Under the pieces are notes generated by a model. The model made no database searches. It saw only the letters and a list, made by a program, of their open reading frames with translations, and had not been told where the DNA came from. The position numbers and the translations under genes were made by a program. DNA of 62,042 nt, the filler included, from Choristocarpus tenellus KU-1152 (lineage: Eukaryota; Protista; Phaeophyceae), in NCBI GenBank assembly GCA_964200185.2. It is 10 parts of 10 records of this genome, joined end to end, with 100 filler letters (N's around TTAATTAATTAA, not from the genome) between each part and the next. Parts side by side here need not be neighbours in the genome. Positions count along the whole stretch, not along the records: positions 46,003 to 50,584 come from CAXNAD020013918.1; positions 50,685 to 58,504 come from CAXNAD020005538.1; positions 58,605 to 62,042 come from CAXNAD020020026.1; 7 more parts are not named here. One strand, 5' to 3'. Each line of letters starts with the position of its first letter. Position 1 is the first letter of the stretch. Below are positions 48,429-61,800 of this stretch, one piece after another.

Positions 48429-49780
48429 GGTCCTACTATGTATAGATAGTCGGTAATCCTCAGTCTATAATATCTATGGTAAAAGCTTGGAGTAGTTTCC
48501 TGTGTAATGTGTTGTGTTGTTCAGCAAGCGCTTGAGCCCATATTCTCTGTAGCACCTTAGTAACATGGTCAGTTGATGGGACAAGAACTAGCTGCGACAG
48601 ACGTTGGGGCAAGTCATCTCCTTTGAATAGAACGCCTGTTCATTGCCTGGATACTGAGCCAAACCGATTGAGAGGTAGGCAGGTTTGGACCCCATTGCAT
48701 TTTCTAAACGATCTTTCTCACCCTGTACAATACACCCGATTTCATTGCTTTTACTTGAAGTATGTGGACATTAGTGTACTCAAAATTGGTATCCCCCCTT
48801 TCCACACACAAAGTGACACCACAATTCAGCAAGGGCTCTTCCTGCAATTGTACAAAATGATATCTATTTTCCCTTTCTCGGGATCCTTAGAATGCAACCC
48901 TGCCTGCCTTTCAGTCGTGTTATAATGTGTAATGCGAAAATGTATTACACACTGTGATGAAACCTTGGTTGTTGAAGTTGTGTTATGTGAGTGAGCAATG
49001 CATTACCAGCCCAGGTTAACAACCCTTCTATAAATCTTTTGAATACTACTATTCCTGGCATTATAATATACTACTACTACCTCTGCCTGTATCCTCATCG
49101 CTATTCTTCATATGTGTGTGCTGTGTGTATCTGTGGATTGATCATACTATTTGGTAGATAAGTCCAACTATGACATATAAGGTACATCAACTAAATGTTT
49201 TCATTTTACTGTGTCGCCATAATCTGGGAATATCCCAACCTATGGTCAGAGACGCTACACATACACACTACACTATTGATCATACTATCTGCCACTGTAC
49301 TTAATGTTGTACTACAACGCACTCTACTTACTGCCTGTGATACTTCTTTTTTGCCTGGGTTCATTCATCACTCCCACCACTCATCACTCCGTCTCCTCTT
49401 ACAAATCTTCTGCTGGACTCGCCTCCAAGTTTCCATCTGTCTTGGCCAGCTTTTTTTTGGGTAGTCGTCACAGACACGGTGCTGACAGGGTGGTAGTAGT
49501 AGTGGTAGTAGAGGTGTACAATCCGCCGAGTTTGCCACATCGAATAGCATAGTCGAAACCAATTTTCCATGAAAAGAATTGTGGCATCGAAGGGGTTCGA
49601 ACCAGCTAATTTCATGCCAACGACTGTCGATTATACTGCTGACGCATGAAGACACTCTCCATAAACCTATGATCACTTCATACATTTTACATTTTGTTGT
49701 TGGGAGAGACAAATGCACCAAACTATTGTGGGTAAAATATATTTGAATTTAGAAATAGCTCCCACATCCTTTATGAAACT

Positions 49781-49955
49781 ATACTTACCTGACGGGGGCT
49801 TGCCAGTGGTCAAGATGACTGGTGACCGCAGGGGGAGCAGGCTCTTGCACTTGGCATAAAAACCATGGAGTGCTGTAATCCCTGCAGAAAGTTTCTTCGG
49901 AAGCTTCTCTACCGTATAATTTTTTACCGGGGAGGTTGCGCTTGCGCTCCTCCCA
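49781..49955 (+). ncRNA. U1: U1 spliceosomal snRNA gene (variant)
   Basis: 5' ATACTTACCTG; closing helix ACGG/CCGT; stem-loop I CCAGT-GGTCAAGATG-ACTGG; stem II GCAGGG...TTGCAC...CCCTGC; stem III AGAAAGTTTC-TTCG-GAAGCTTCT; Sm-like site ATAATTTTTT; stem IV GGGGAGG-TTGCGCTTGCGC-TCCTCCC. Confidence 0.9.
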
Positions 49956-50729
49956 ACCAACTGACGAATATTACAATCTGAACACCACGCACACACACGC
50001 AACACTGACGAAGACAGTGCATACATAAATAGCAGAGGTATTGTCTGTCGAGCCCGTACGCGCTTGTATCTGTTGTGCCTATTGCCTCGAACTTGTGGTC
50101 TTGTTACATATTTGTACGTGTATGATGTGCACGGAAAATGTTATCCTACCGACTGACCTCAGCGCTCTGCCTGACCTTGAGAAGGTGGTTGTCCATGTAT
50201 ATTACTGCACCCTTTTACCTTGCGTCCTTAGCTGACCGAGTTCACTCACCTATTATACCGTCCACCCCACAGACTTGCCAACGTGAATGTCTCACATTCG
50301 TAAATATCAAGCAAGGGGATGTTACACACACACACACCCCAGATTTGGGTCTGATGGGAAAAGGTGATGTGTGTCTAGACCAGGGTGTCCATTCGTCCCA
50401 AAACCAGGATAAGTGCACTTTCATTGTCCATCCGACGTGTGCAACCAAATTACCCCAAAAATTGCGACATGAAAAAATTGAACCCAAATAAATGGATAGC
50501 CCCCCCCCCCCCCGGTACTTTTGGTTTTTACTCTCAATTGCACCCTGCAGGTACCTTCAGCTTTAACTTGTAGAGAGAGGTGAANNNNNNNNNNNNNNNN
50601 NNNNNNNNNNNNNNNNNNNNNNNNNNNNTTAATTAATTAANNNNNNNNNNNNNNNNNNNNNNNNNNNNNNNNNNNNNNNNNNNNGAAAGAACAACACGCA
50701 GAGGGCGGGAGGGGGGTGGGAGAGGGGGG

Positions 50730-50764
<35 letters not shown>

Positions 50765-51008
50765 CTAGAGGTTGCAATATTCCTCTCAACAAAAAAAACA
50801 TCTACAATATGAAGGAGTAGGCTTGGAAGAGATATCATGGGGTAGGAACAGAGATGACGAAAAATTGAGGAGAAAAGAAATAAAAAATCAGGAATGTGCA
50901 TAGCTATCACTACATAGTACTTGATCATTAACCAAGGATTATTGACACAGTTTCAAGACCATTTGCTGGTTCCTGTTCCAAAATGGACAAGATAACAATC
51001 TCTCTCAC

Positions 51009-54000
51009 TGTGGCAAAGATGTGTGAGTTGCTGGGGTGTCCATGAACTGTGTTGACCTTCTTCTCATGTACAGCACACCGCCAAACCTGACAGTATAAAA
51101 CACCAACAAGTACTCATGTCAGGTGTTACTGTAGTAGGTTGGAAATGCAGCTAGGGGTTAGGTTTTGTCTGAGAGCACATCACAAACGAGTGTTGACAGT
51201 GTTTCATCTTGGCATTTGTTGGGATGAAAACTTCCGGTCTCCATCAAAATGGTGGCAGCATTGAAGAGCTTGGTTGTATGAGCAATTCCTATTATTCCAT
51301 CACATCAGTCTCAGAGTTTCCATGCTTGTGGTCAAAAACGAAACCAGAGGGAAACATAATACAACCAAAAAAAAGCAAAATACACGAGAAAAGAGGGGGA
51401 GAAGGGCAAAGAATGAAAGAAAAAACGATAGTCTCTGCAGCAAAAGAAATACACCAAGAGCTGAGGGATGTCATCCATGCATCGCGAAAAAGAGGTTGAA
51501 TATATAACAGTTGTCAGCCCATGTTTTGATCAACACTGGCCATGATTCACCTCCTTGTTGATGCGAAGGTCAACAGCATTCACTTCGCCAGCACCATCAC
51601 TGAGCAGCAAGGTCCTCTCCATGCCCATGAGGTGCCCATAAGTGAGGATTACATCATCCTCCTCCTTGTTCGCAAAAACCTTACAATGAAAAACAAAAAA
51701 CATCAATCACACACACAATAAACATGAACGTGTTTGAAATGACAAAGGTGTTTTTTTTTCTGTTACATGGGTTAGCTGTGGGAGGGCGGGGGAGGTGGGG
51801 GAGGGGAGGGGAGCTTGTCAAAAGTATTGTTGGAGCACTCTTTGCACTGCTCAAACCTCTAAAGAGGAAAAAGGGCATGTACACTCATGGAAAACATTAA
51901 AGAGATCTGTTGAAGGTATGTTGAACAAAGATGATAAGGTCACATAAGCACCACAGATTGCATGTATGTTAGGCAGTAGTATTGCACATGATTATACTAT
52001 GGAATAGACCTGCAAGAATGCTCTAATGCATGACAAAGGGTAAAAGATCCCATCCTCGGGAGACACAATACAGCACATCCTCTCAATACCAAAACCCAAA
52101 AGATATTTCAACCCACACTGAGTGCTACTCCCAAGTCTAACCTGAACCCTAGAATGGTGTGGCCCCATCTCCAACCCCCACTTTGATTCATAGTCCAAAG
52201 TTTTCAAGTTTTCCAAACACAGCATAGAGGCTGTTGATGAATTCGTCACCACTCTACAGATGCTCGTCTTTCATGGCAACTAAGAGGAGTTTTCAATGAT
52301 TCAGTAGGCCTCAGAGTAAATACAAACATGAGGCACAAGAGGCAGTTCTGGTCAACTGATGGACTGCACCCATGATTTTTTTTTGGTGGCGAGAGTGGTG
52401 GTGAAACCCTAATGAAGCCATAATTGGCTTCGCTTCTCTTCAACAAAGCATACCAGATGGGGCCATGTAAACACAGTAGGTGGAGAGGAGTGTCTCCTTT
52501 TTGGACACCACACGCATGAAAGACTGTCCATGTTAATTGGAAGTCGAACAAAATGTACACAGCATTTTTCTCAGAGGAGGGGGGAACAAATAACTCCCTC
52601 AGCAGTTGGCAACCCCCTTCACTGGTCATGAATCCTCCCCAAATACTATTGGCAGTAGAAGACGATCACAATCCATGTCGTTTTTGACGATCACAATCCA
52701 TGTCGTTTTTGACGATCACAATCCATGTCGTTTTTCACAAAAACTCTCCTACACACAAGATACCTCCTCAACCTTTTGCCACTGTTGACAACTAGAATGC
52801 ACCAATTGTACAGAAGAGAACGCCAATTTTGTTCATTGGGCGTCTCCAAAATAGGGCAGGGTTGAAAACATCCAGAAAGTTGTAAGCAGGAGGTTTCCAA
52901 ATTATCTTTACAGCATGCTTGTTGGATAATTATAGGGAACCTGTGAATAGTGCTGATTGTTCAGACTATACTGCAAAGTACGGTGTCCACCCACCTACAG
53001 ATAATGCTATGTGCTCCACTCTCAATGGTCAGATAATGCTATGTTGGGGCTGCCCTTAACAATTGTACTATTGCACATTTTGTAATTTATTGGAATGTGC
53101 AAACAAAGAGCGAGATGAAGGGGGACAAGTATAGAAATTGAAATATAAGACCCAACGTACGAGAGGAATAGGGAAATAATGGTATGGAGGGAAGAGATCA
53201 GGGGATGGAGACATATGTACTGCACCTGCTCAAACGCCCCCACCTCCACATCCATCCTTCGGACAGTTCCATCATAGGAGGTGGAGATGAGCTTGTGGGC
53301 ATCAATCGGGTCAAACTCCAGGTGTGGGATGCTTGATGTGTGTGGCTTGAATTGGAACACTCCATCATCACCATCACCATCATCACTGTCCACAGACCAC
53401 AGACCAAGGTTCCCAACCTGTCAATTATGTCACATGGAAAAATGTTCATTGTTCATAATGTGCATAAGCACAATATACTATGGGCAAGGAGGATGGTCAG
53501 GGTGGGTATGGAAGCAAATACAACAGTATCTGCTTCCTTGAAAAGTCCTCAGCTTTTACCATCCCCCAATTCTGCCATACTGTTTGTTTCAGGAGTCACC
53601 ACTTCAACACGAATCTCTTACAGCATTGAGAGAGGAAAGCCAGGTGCAAACTGGATTCCTATATTGTGTAGCTCAGTGAACTTGGGGGGTGGTTGCATCT
53701 CACTGGCCCAATGGAGCACCAAAGCGAACTGTAATTTCATCTTATTGACTGCTTGTGACCAATAGGCATTTCTATTGATGCAAATGTTTTTTTTGGACCA
53801 TGTTCCCTGCCCCCTCAATCTTCATGTGACAAAGGTACATCAATGCTCTCTTTACAAACCTTATCACCCACAGCCAACAGGAGTTTTTCAGAGGAGGGGT
53901 GCCATGCTATGCCATAGGCTCGTTCCCTGACAACTTTGCACACATCTTTCTCCCCAACCTTTAAAGATTGTAGTCTATTTAAGTGGTGGGCAGGAGAGGT

Positions 54001-57000
54001 GAAGGTTAGGGAAGGTTTTCTTTTAAGTAGGGGGGGAGAGGAAACAATGTGATGTGCCATCAACAGTCACAAAAAAAGGTGTATGTTAGTGCAAATATAT
54101 CTACAGTCTTCATCTGTAGGTGTACCAAAAAACCGATACAAACGTTTTCAGCATGTTTCCTATCAAGAGCCATGATACTAAAAAAATTAACATTCATACA
54201 CCTCATTCTAATCAGATATCGCCTCCTGGGCGATCAACCAAAAAAGACAAGGCAATCACCAACCCATACAAGCATCATTTAACCTCTACCTCTGCTTTTT
54301 GGGGAAGGGGGCCATAAAGGTCAAGTGTTCCCTGTGCAGTGCACTTAGAGTGACATCAAGATTGAAGGGATAATGGGATTGGCAAGGTGAATGCATCCTA
54401 TGGGTTATAAATGAGATGAAAGGGCATAAACTGTTCATGAAAATGTTGCTTCTATCATGTCCCTGTCTATCTCAAACTCATTCATAATATTTCTAGTAAT
54501 TCATTGTGGCATAAACCTCTCCAGCCAAACCTCTTGAGAGTCTCGTCTGGCTCGGCAAGCTCATAGGCATCCATCTCATCCTTTGCGCTTCTGTCTCCTC
54601 TCACAAGGCTGCCGAGCATCTGCTAATGTTGAGGAGAACACCAGCCAGAAGGGGGCAGGGAATGCAGATTGGGATGTTGGTAGCTCCTCTCTAATTCCAA
54701 CAAGGACATCGAATGGTGGTGTTGTGGTGACAGATAACTTCTGGTGAACAGTGATGAATCTTTTGATCTAGTTTTATCGCATCCCCTGATGCCTCTCCCT
54801 CAATTGTCTTCCTCTCCCCCCCCAAAACAAATGTAACTCATGCTCATGCATATACATGCATGTGCATGTAAGGTGTGATGCCTCTTCAATTCCTCATTGT
54901 GCCACATAAGCAGCCCTCAACAGTCTTCCTTCCTCTCCAACTACCCATGTCCTCATTCGCCAGGTAGAGTAAGCACAAAAATAAAAACAAACACATAATG
55001 TTTAAAAGGTGGAGTGGATTGTACATACACTGGCTGCAACAATATCCTCTCTATTTGCATTTGATAACCTGACGTAAGCGTGAAGTATCCTCAGCTGATG
55101 AGTTTGAGGCCTCCATGGTTACATTCCCCTCCAAACGCCGAGGTGCAGCACGAACACCTATTCCTAGTTCCTGCTCCATACCAAACATTCCTGAGTCCTT
55201 GAACTTTGGGTTTCGCCGATTGAACGCCAATTCCGGATCTTCCATAGGCTTCCCGTCTGGATCCTTTCCCCTGATTCGACTTGATGCCCTATTGAATGCA
55301 CAATGGAGGAGGGAGGTGGTGTAAGTTTGTGCAAGTATGTGTAAGTGCGTGCATGTGTGCCCTGACTGTGGCACCTTTGAAAAAAGTCGAGTGAAAATTA
55401 ATCAGCGAAACCTACGAGAAAACCAAATATATATTGACAAAATGATCTTGTCTGAAAGAGGAAGATCTGTCAGTTTCTTGTCGGGTCTCACACTTGAGAG
55501 GAAAGATCGGCTACTGTCCAGGAAAAACTGCTCAATTTTGCACTTGTGCCTTTGTGAGGCTGGCTTGTGAGTAGACGACACATTGTATGGATGAATTTTT
55601 TTGTTGCTACATTCAGTGAGGTGTGGGGGCAGGTGGAGAATCACAGGCACTCTTGGAAATTTGGATGAGCATCTACAGCACGATGAGAGAAAGGAATAAA
55701 GAGATGTGGAGCCCTTGTGAGTCAACCAAACATGCACTAAATTACCATCAAGCAAAGTACAATTTCGGTACACCCTGACCAAGGAAATGAGATCGATCAA
55801 GGTATCAAACAATGAACTACCACTACTCTACTGGGGCAGCAAGTCCCACGACCATCTTCCCCGACAGAAGAGTGGTATCTCTATATTTGGCACAAGGTGA
55901 GAGTATGTCTAACACCTGCTTGTGAGGCATTAACACTTAACTAAAGTACAATCAGATCGTCTCATAATACCTAACCCAGTGCAAGCACACAAGGACAAGT
56001 TGCCTGAGAAAACCAGAGAATACATACAGGCAGTCAGCAATGTGTCGTTCAACAAAAACTAAACTTCCCTGTTCGTCCATAAGTTGATGCAGGGCATGAA
56101 CTACAAACTTGTCGTCCTGCCTCACCCCTCCTGCCGAACATGATATATATCCTACTTTGGCGTAAGTAGTAGAGTATTACAGTACACTAAAGCAATGTGA
56201 CTCGATCAAGACAGAAGTATCGCGGGGAACGCAGTGCAGATTATATTTGGAGGTGAGTCAAAGCATTTCCACACCTTCGAGGGAGCTCCTGAGCATCCGT
56301 CGCCTTCCGTCGAATCGGCTTTAGCCCTCGAGCTTTAGCCCTCTGTGCCTTGTCGACTTCTACAGCCGACTGCATCTCGCCCTTAGCCATGTGCAGTCCA
56401 AGAGATTCCATGACCTCCTGGTTCTTCCTGAACACTCGCATAATGTGGAATATGGTGTTAGGCAAACCATCAGAGGTAGGTAGCCAAGGATGGAGTTCTC
56501 ATGGCAAGGACATGAGACAACGAAAAAGAACAACCCTCGTCAGGCCAAGGTCTAGATGGATTGGATAAGGAGCGGTACGTCAGTAAACAATGCTACCGCA
56601 AGAGTTCTCTCTTGCGCAAAGCACTATCACACCATAGTAGTTGGAGACGAATTTGGGGGTTGATTGGCGAAGGTAGACCAGCGTGGCAAGCATTTTGGTA
56701 CTCAAGCAAGTCTCATCCGTTTTTCGACAAGGAATAGACGTGGCAGCTCAAACGATGCCATATAACGAGCAAGGGAATATGCCTTTAGGATCAAAATATG
56801 AAAAACTATGGAATTTCCTGGTTAGACAGTGCGAAACAGGCTAGTGAATCTTGTGTGGGTCGAAGTTCATGACGTGGACTGACCTGATCTTTTCCAGTCT
56901 CACCAATTCATACGCCGAGGGGCCTGTAGAATCAAGCTTACCATCCATAATCTCATCCTCGTATTTAACAATGGTCTTTTTCACTCTTCCGTTGTCTTGT

Positions 57001-57095
57001 ACTTCGCCTTTTCGCTTGTTGGGACGGTCCACGTCCTTAATGCCCCCCTCAGATTGTGGTTTACCTCGCCGACTGCGGCGTATCGGCGGAGACAT
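51009..57095 (-). CDS. WDR76: WD40-repeat protein WDR76 / CMR1 homolog (3' end lost in gap)
   Basis: Eight phase-consistent exons (57095-56884, 56427-56275, 55288-55069, 54619-54531, 53974-53860, 53417-53226, 51679-51551, 51086-51009) give 396 codons. Hallmarks: SAYELVRLEKIRKNQEVMESLGL, RRASSRIRG, KVVRERAYGIAWHPSSEKLLLAVGDKVGNLGLW, STSYDGTVR, HEKKVNTV. Confidence 0.9.
52661..52735. repeat. Intronic minisatellite, ~25-bp unit x3
   Basis: gacgatcacaatccatgtcgttttt is repeated three times. Confidence 0.9.
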
Positions 57096-57164
57096 CAGTT
57101 TAATTACACGCAAGACAACTCGCCCACTGACCACAACTCCTTAGCTACCCTTGGTAGATGGTCA

Positions 57165-58359
57165 ATGGACAAGTACCAGAGCTGGTAGGCTTCAACTTTT
57201 TGAAGGACTGCAACTCTACTAAGTATAATGTTCATCATACTACTATACTATACTGTTATCTACTGTTGATAAATTTGAACGGGAGAAAACTCAGTCCACG
57301 AATCGTGAGCAAAACAATTCAAAATTTTGAAGGCGTTCATCCAAAGGTCCAGATAATTAATTTCCCACAGTGTACCATGCACAGAAAGTACTTCACTACG
57401 TAACCAAGTGGATAGGCACAGTCTGAGGAGGAACATCGTTCTGTTAGCTCTCTTACTATGGCCTCTCCCGCTTGCTGTGCTGCAGGTAAGCTCTAGTACA
57501 CGCTTCGGAGGGAAACATATATCACAACTGCCCATGTTCCCTCTGGAAGTGGATATTGACCACATATATTCAACTCACACGACCTACCGATCACAACTTG
57601 CATATAGGAAAGAGGGGAGAAGTATCAGAAATGTTGGGAGATTTGAATCGGGGAGTGCACCTATCCGTTCATGGTTTTATGGACTGCACACCAAACATAT
57701 ATCACGTTCATGTTTTGTACTTTGAAGCTCTATTGAGCTGTAGTAGGGTCCCAAACCCAATTACGTGGTTTCTCCGTAATGAGAGTCGTCTTGATGGATT
57801 AAATTATAACACCCATAGCTGTCTATCATGTGGGTTTGTGTTTTGGATCAGTTGTGTATATAGAGCCTTCCATGCCCACCTTGCCGAAGTATCCAAGTTC
57901 TGGTCTTGTGGGGTTGGACTTGTTCATCGTCAGTATTTACGGATGCAATCTTTGTCCCGTCATTCTCACATCAGGTCCCCCTGTGATGTCGGACTACGAG
58001 CCGAAGGGAACTACATCCAAGGTTGGAGATATGGATACCTACTTCATTGGTGGGTATATTGCCCAAATGAAGTAAGGTGTCGCGATCTTCTTCAAACCCT
58101 ACATCACCAACGATGTTTGTGGTGTTGTAGCGCTTTAGTTACACCGAAGAAACTGCTATAACCCATTCCATTCTTCTTCGAAACCGCATGACACTTTATC
58201 AGCATAACATTTTGCGCCCCATTTACGTGATCGTCCTCGAACCGTGACTTTTTGCCACTACTGGTGCGGTCTGCGTTGGTACATACGGTAACAGGCTCAG
58301 GCCCCAAGGCCGTGTTGATCATCCACGATATCTTCGGCTTTAGCCCACAAGCCAAGCAG
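57165..58359 (+). CDS. Dienelactone hydrolase family protein with an N-terminal hydrophobic signal (5' part)
   Basis: Exons 57165-57184, 57416-57485, 57864-57888, 57975-58049 and 58295-58359 splice to MDKYQSWHSLRRNIVLLALLLWPLPLAVLQSLPCPPCRSPPVMSDYEPKGTTSKVGDMDTYFIGSGPKAVLIIHDIFGFSPQAKQ. The YEPKG and DIFG motifs are diagnostic; the first three exons are less certain. Confidence 0.8.
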
Positions 58360-58604
58360 GTTTGTGCAGAGAGTGAGTACCTTGTCCGTTTCTTGGGTCA
58401 CATGATGGGGGACGGTTTGAGGGAAACTCAGGAACATTTACCGTACCAAGATACTCATCAGCACTGAGGTTCAAAGTATCTTGGGGGGGGAGGGGAGGGC
58501 ATTCNNNNNNNNNNNNNNNNNNNNNNNNNNNNNNNNNNNNNNNNNNNNTTAATTAATTAANNNNNNNNNNNNNNNNNNNNNNNNNNNNNNNNNNNNNNNN
58601 NNNN

Positions 58605-58822
58605 CTGTACTGCGAGGTATGGAGGCCGTCAAGGGTGCTGTCTCGTCGCCTCTTCCCCCTCTGCCCACCTCTAATAGAACAGCCTGTCCTGATGGCTACA
58701 GGCGAGCTAGACGCCCGAGGCAATCCTTGCATACTCCACCAGCATCGTCCAGTGGGTGTTGTGCATACTCCACTGATGATGCATCTGCAGGACTGGAACG
58801 GGACATGATTCATAACCATGTG
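58605..58822 (+). CDS. Possible exon of an unidentified gene
   Basis: A GC-richer open frame from the contig edge (MEAVKGAVSSPLPP...MIHNHV) ends at a gtgagc donor. No homology was recognised. Confidence 0.3.
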
Positions 58823-61800
58823 GTGAGCGATGCAGTCCTTTGATATTTAGTTTTGTGTGCTATGTGTAAACACCACCCTCGTGTGGTAAGGAAAAGAGAT
58901 GTTGGGGGAGGGGAGGGGATGGAAGATTTTGTGTGCTTTGGTTTCTTCTCTATTCTTGGAATGTGTATATGTCTCTGCTCTTGTCTGTACAGTAGACTTG
59001 AAGATGTCGGTAAGGAATTGTTCTTTTGTGTGGTTTATGTTTATATGCTTATACCCTAGAAAACATTTGTTGGTTGAAGGGGGTTTGATGGGGTGAAGTT
59101 AATGCTGGGTGCCGTTTTTTTCAGGCCCTGAGCAATTGGGAGACTTTAAAGTTTTTTGTTCAAGATTTTTGTAGGTTGTCGATACATGATGTTCAATATA
59201 TATTTGTTGATACTGCTTTCCTAGTGTACATGATGCGAGGCATGTGGTGTCATTGGTACCATTTTGGCACTGTTTTTTTTGTGATGCGGTGAAGACAGTA
59301 ACTGTACTCCTCTGCCCTGGATTGTGACCTGTTATCTTTTTGTCTCAAATATATACTGCCATAAACGTCATACATATTTTGTTTGTGACTGCTTGAAATC
59401 CTCCCTGGCCTCTGTCCCTGTGTGTGTGTGTGTGTGTGTGTGTTGGTAATCATTCCCTGCTTTAAAGGAGTCACCGTTCAAGAAAACTCCAACTGTGCAG
59501 AAGGTTAAGAATCGGGATCAAAGTACTCAACGCAATGACAAGGGTAAGATTTTCGCTGCTACTATTTTAAAAGAATTTGTATTGTTGAGGAATCTCCCTT
59601 CCCCCCGGAAAACTTATGAAATTGAAACATGAGCATGTCATTGTGAGTGCTGTGTCTCTTCACTCATTTGCCCTTGCCCCCCTTACATTTGTTCTTGCAG
59701 GGGATTTTGTGTGTTGAATGCTGATGATGTGACATTCAAGCTGTTCTTTTTTGTTCTTTCTTACTCTTCACCTTGCTCTATGTATACCACCATATCCAGT
59801 CATTGTCACTAATTTTGTAGAATGTTTATGAGATAATGTCTCCAGGGAGGTAGGCGCCTGTGAGGTTACAGACATTTGAATTGTCTGAAAACTCATATTG
59901 TCCTTCTCAATCTCCCAAATCATTTATCTCATAAGATAATAGGAGTGCTGCCCATAGGATTCGCCAACAATCCCTGGGGATTGCCCGCGGCTCCTCGCCA
60001 TTCAGAAAGAAGGGAAAGGTATCAGACTGCCCATCACAGTTCCCATGATCAGAACAAAAAATGAAAGTTAAGTGAAGCCCATGGCAGCAGCAGCAGTCAA
60101 AAACGGCCTCAAAAGGGTGAATTGTTGGTCCATATTGCTAGTACTGATACAGACTGCAACAAAGGGGCAACCTCCGATAGTTATAATGCAATTGTGCCTA
60201 GACAGGAACGGAGGACAGAATCTCTTGTATCTTTGGGGGGTTCAATAGTAGGTACAAGTGAGGACGGTGATGAGGAAAAGCAAACAGGATGATTTGGGTG
60301 TGGTTGTGTGCACTGTTCTTCGCTTGTGTAAAAGTAGTTTTTTATCTGCTTCCACTATGTTAAACGTGCCAGTGGGGTGTGAACTTTGATAGTGATCACC
60401 AAAGTTGTGTTTTGTCATCGAGATGGAACAGCATGTAAAGTGTGGCACGTAAGTGGAACAGGGATAAATTGTATGGTGCACAAAGTGCAGTATGTGTATA
60501 GATCTGATGGGGGGCAGGGATGAGAGACTGTAGTTGAAATACCCCTTCTGCTTCTCGGTCTATGACAGCAGTGCCTATTATTGGCTTGGTCAGGAAATAT
60601 TGTGGTGTAATATTTTTCCTAATTTGTATATTTTCTACGCTAGTTGGGTGTACTCAAAGTACCTTAGTCTGCTTCCCTTTGTTGGCATGATGGGCTTGGA
60701 TTTAAGTCTACTATTGTACACACAACCAATCCCACATTGCTGCATGGCAAGGACCTATAGTCAGTGTAGGGGTCGAGGATGGGGGCATGCACGAGAAAGG
60801 CCCTGTGCTTCACAAAGGGACTGACAAATAAGTCAGGTGCAAAACTGAGACTCCACCTGAGTCTCGCTTTTGCTCTTTTGATGGTCTCGACATGTATTCC
60901 TTAGGGCTGTAGTTGGTTTGTCGTTTCACATAGGGCAGTTCAATTCTTCGAGTAAGGTATTCACAGAGTTGGTGCATTGTGGAAGCAACATGAGGAAGAG
61001 GTATCTGGGTTTTTTTCTCTTCTTCTAGTGTAAAGTATTTTTTTTGTAGGAGTGGTGCAATGGTGTTACAAAATTGTTTGATCTGTGCTTACTTGGGTGA
61101 TCTGAGTGCTTCTTCTCTGCATTTGTCTTTTCTGACTACTAGGAAAAGGAGGGCGTTTGTTGTAGGGTTGAGGCTGATCATTTTAAACCATGTGAAATAT
61201 GACTGGTTGTGCGCATTGTCCAACGCACACCTACCTTTTTTTAGTTTTGAGAGCTAGATTGCTGCAACCACCTGTCAGGATTTTTGCCCCACGTTTTTTT
61301 GTTGTGTATTCTTTGCCTGATACTTGTAGTGATGATACAGTCCTGTACTAGAATTAATGCTTCTGATGAAGCTCACAGGTTTGCTTCAGCAAATATGTGT
61401 GCCAGTTATGTGTTGATTTGGTACCTATAATTTCCGTTTCTGAGTTCCTTTTTTTATTATTTATGTACAATTTCATACGTGCATATAGGATAGAATAGGC
61501 GCAACTTGCGTGTTACGGAGTTCTTGTGTATTTATTGTTTACGTTGTGTTATGTTGTAGTAGTCGTATGGTTGAGTGGGAGAGGCTCTCAGCAAGTTGTG
61601 CCATTTTGCTACCGACTGTTTATGGTTTGAAGCTCTGTGGTTGTAGAACCCCAACTCTGGGTGAAGCGTTTAGTAGATGAGTGATACCTTTCATTGAAGT
61701 TGTTCACAGGACCGCTTCAAATTATTGATTGATTCACAACTTGTAAAGATATGTAGCGGGAAAAAGTCATACGAGTATAATATTACGAAGTATAATGAAC

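Noticed and set aside
49673-50026. 117-aa minus-strand ORF with an apparent gtaagt donor
   Set aside because: It is antisense to the U1 gene; the 'donor' is the complement of the U1 5' end.
20429-57095. POLE3, CAP-D3 and WDR76 as a chromatin/DNA-repair gene cluster
   Set aside because: They lie on different contigs separated by unsized gaps and unrelated genes, so chance is sufficient.
9397-58604. Recurrent TTAATTAATTAA palindrome flanked by N-runs as a biological repeat
   Set aside because: It has a fixed 100-nt format with six-frame stops, so it is an assembly linker.
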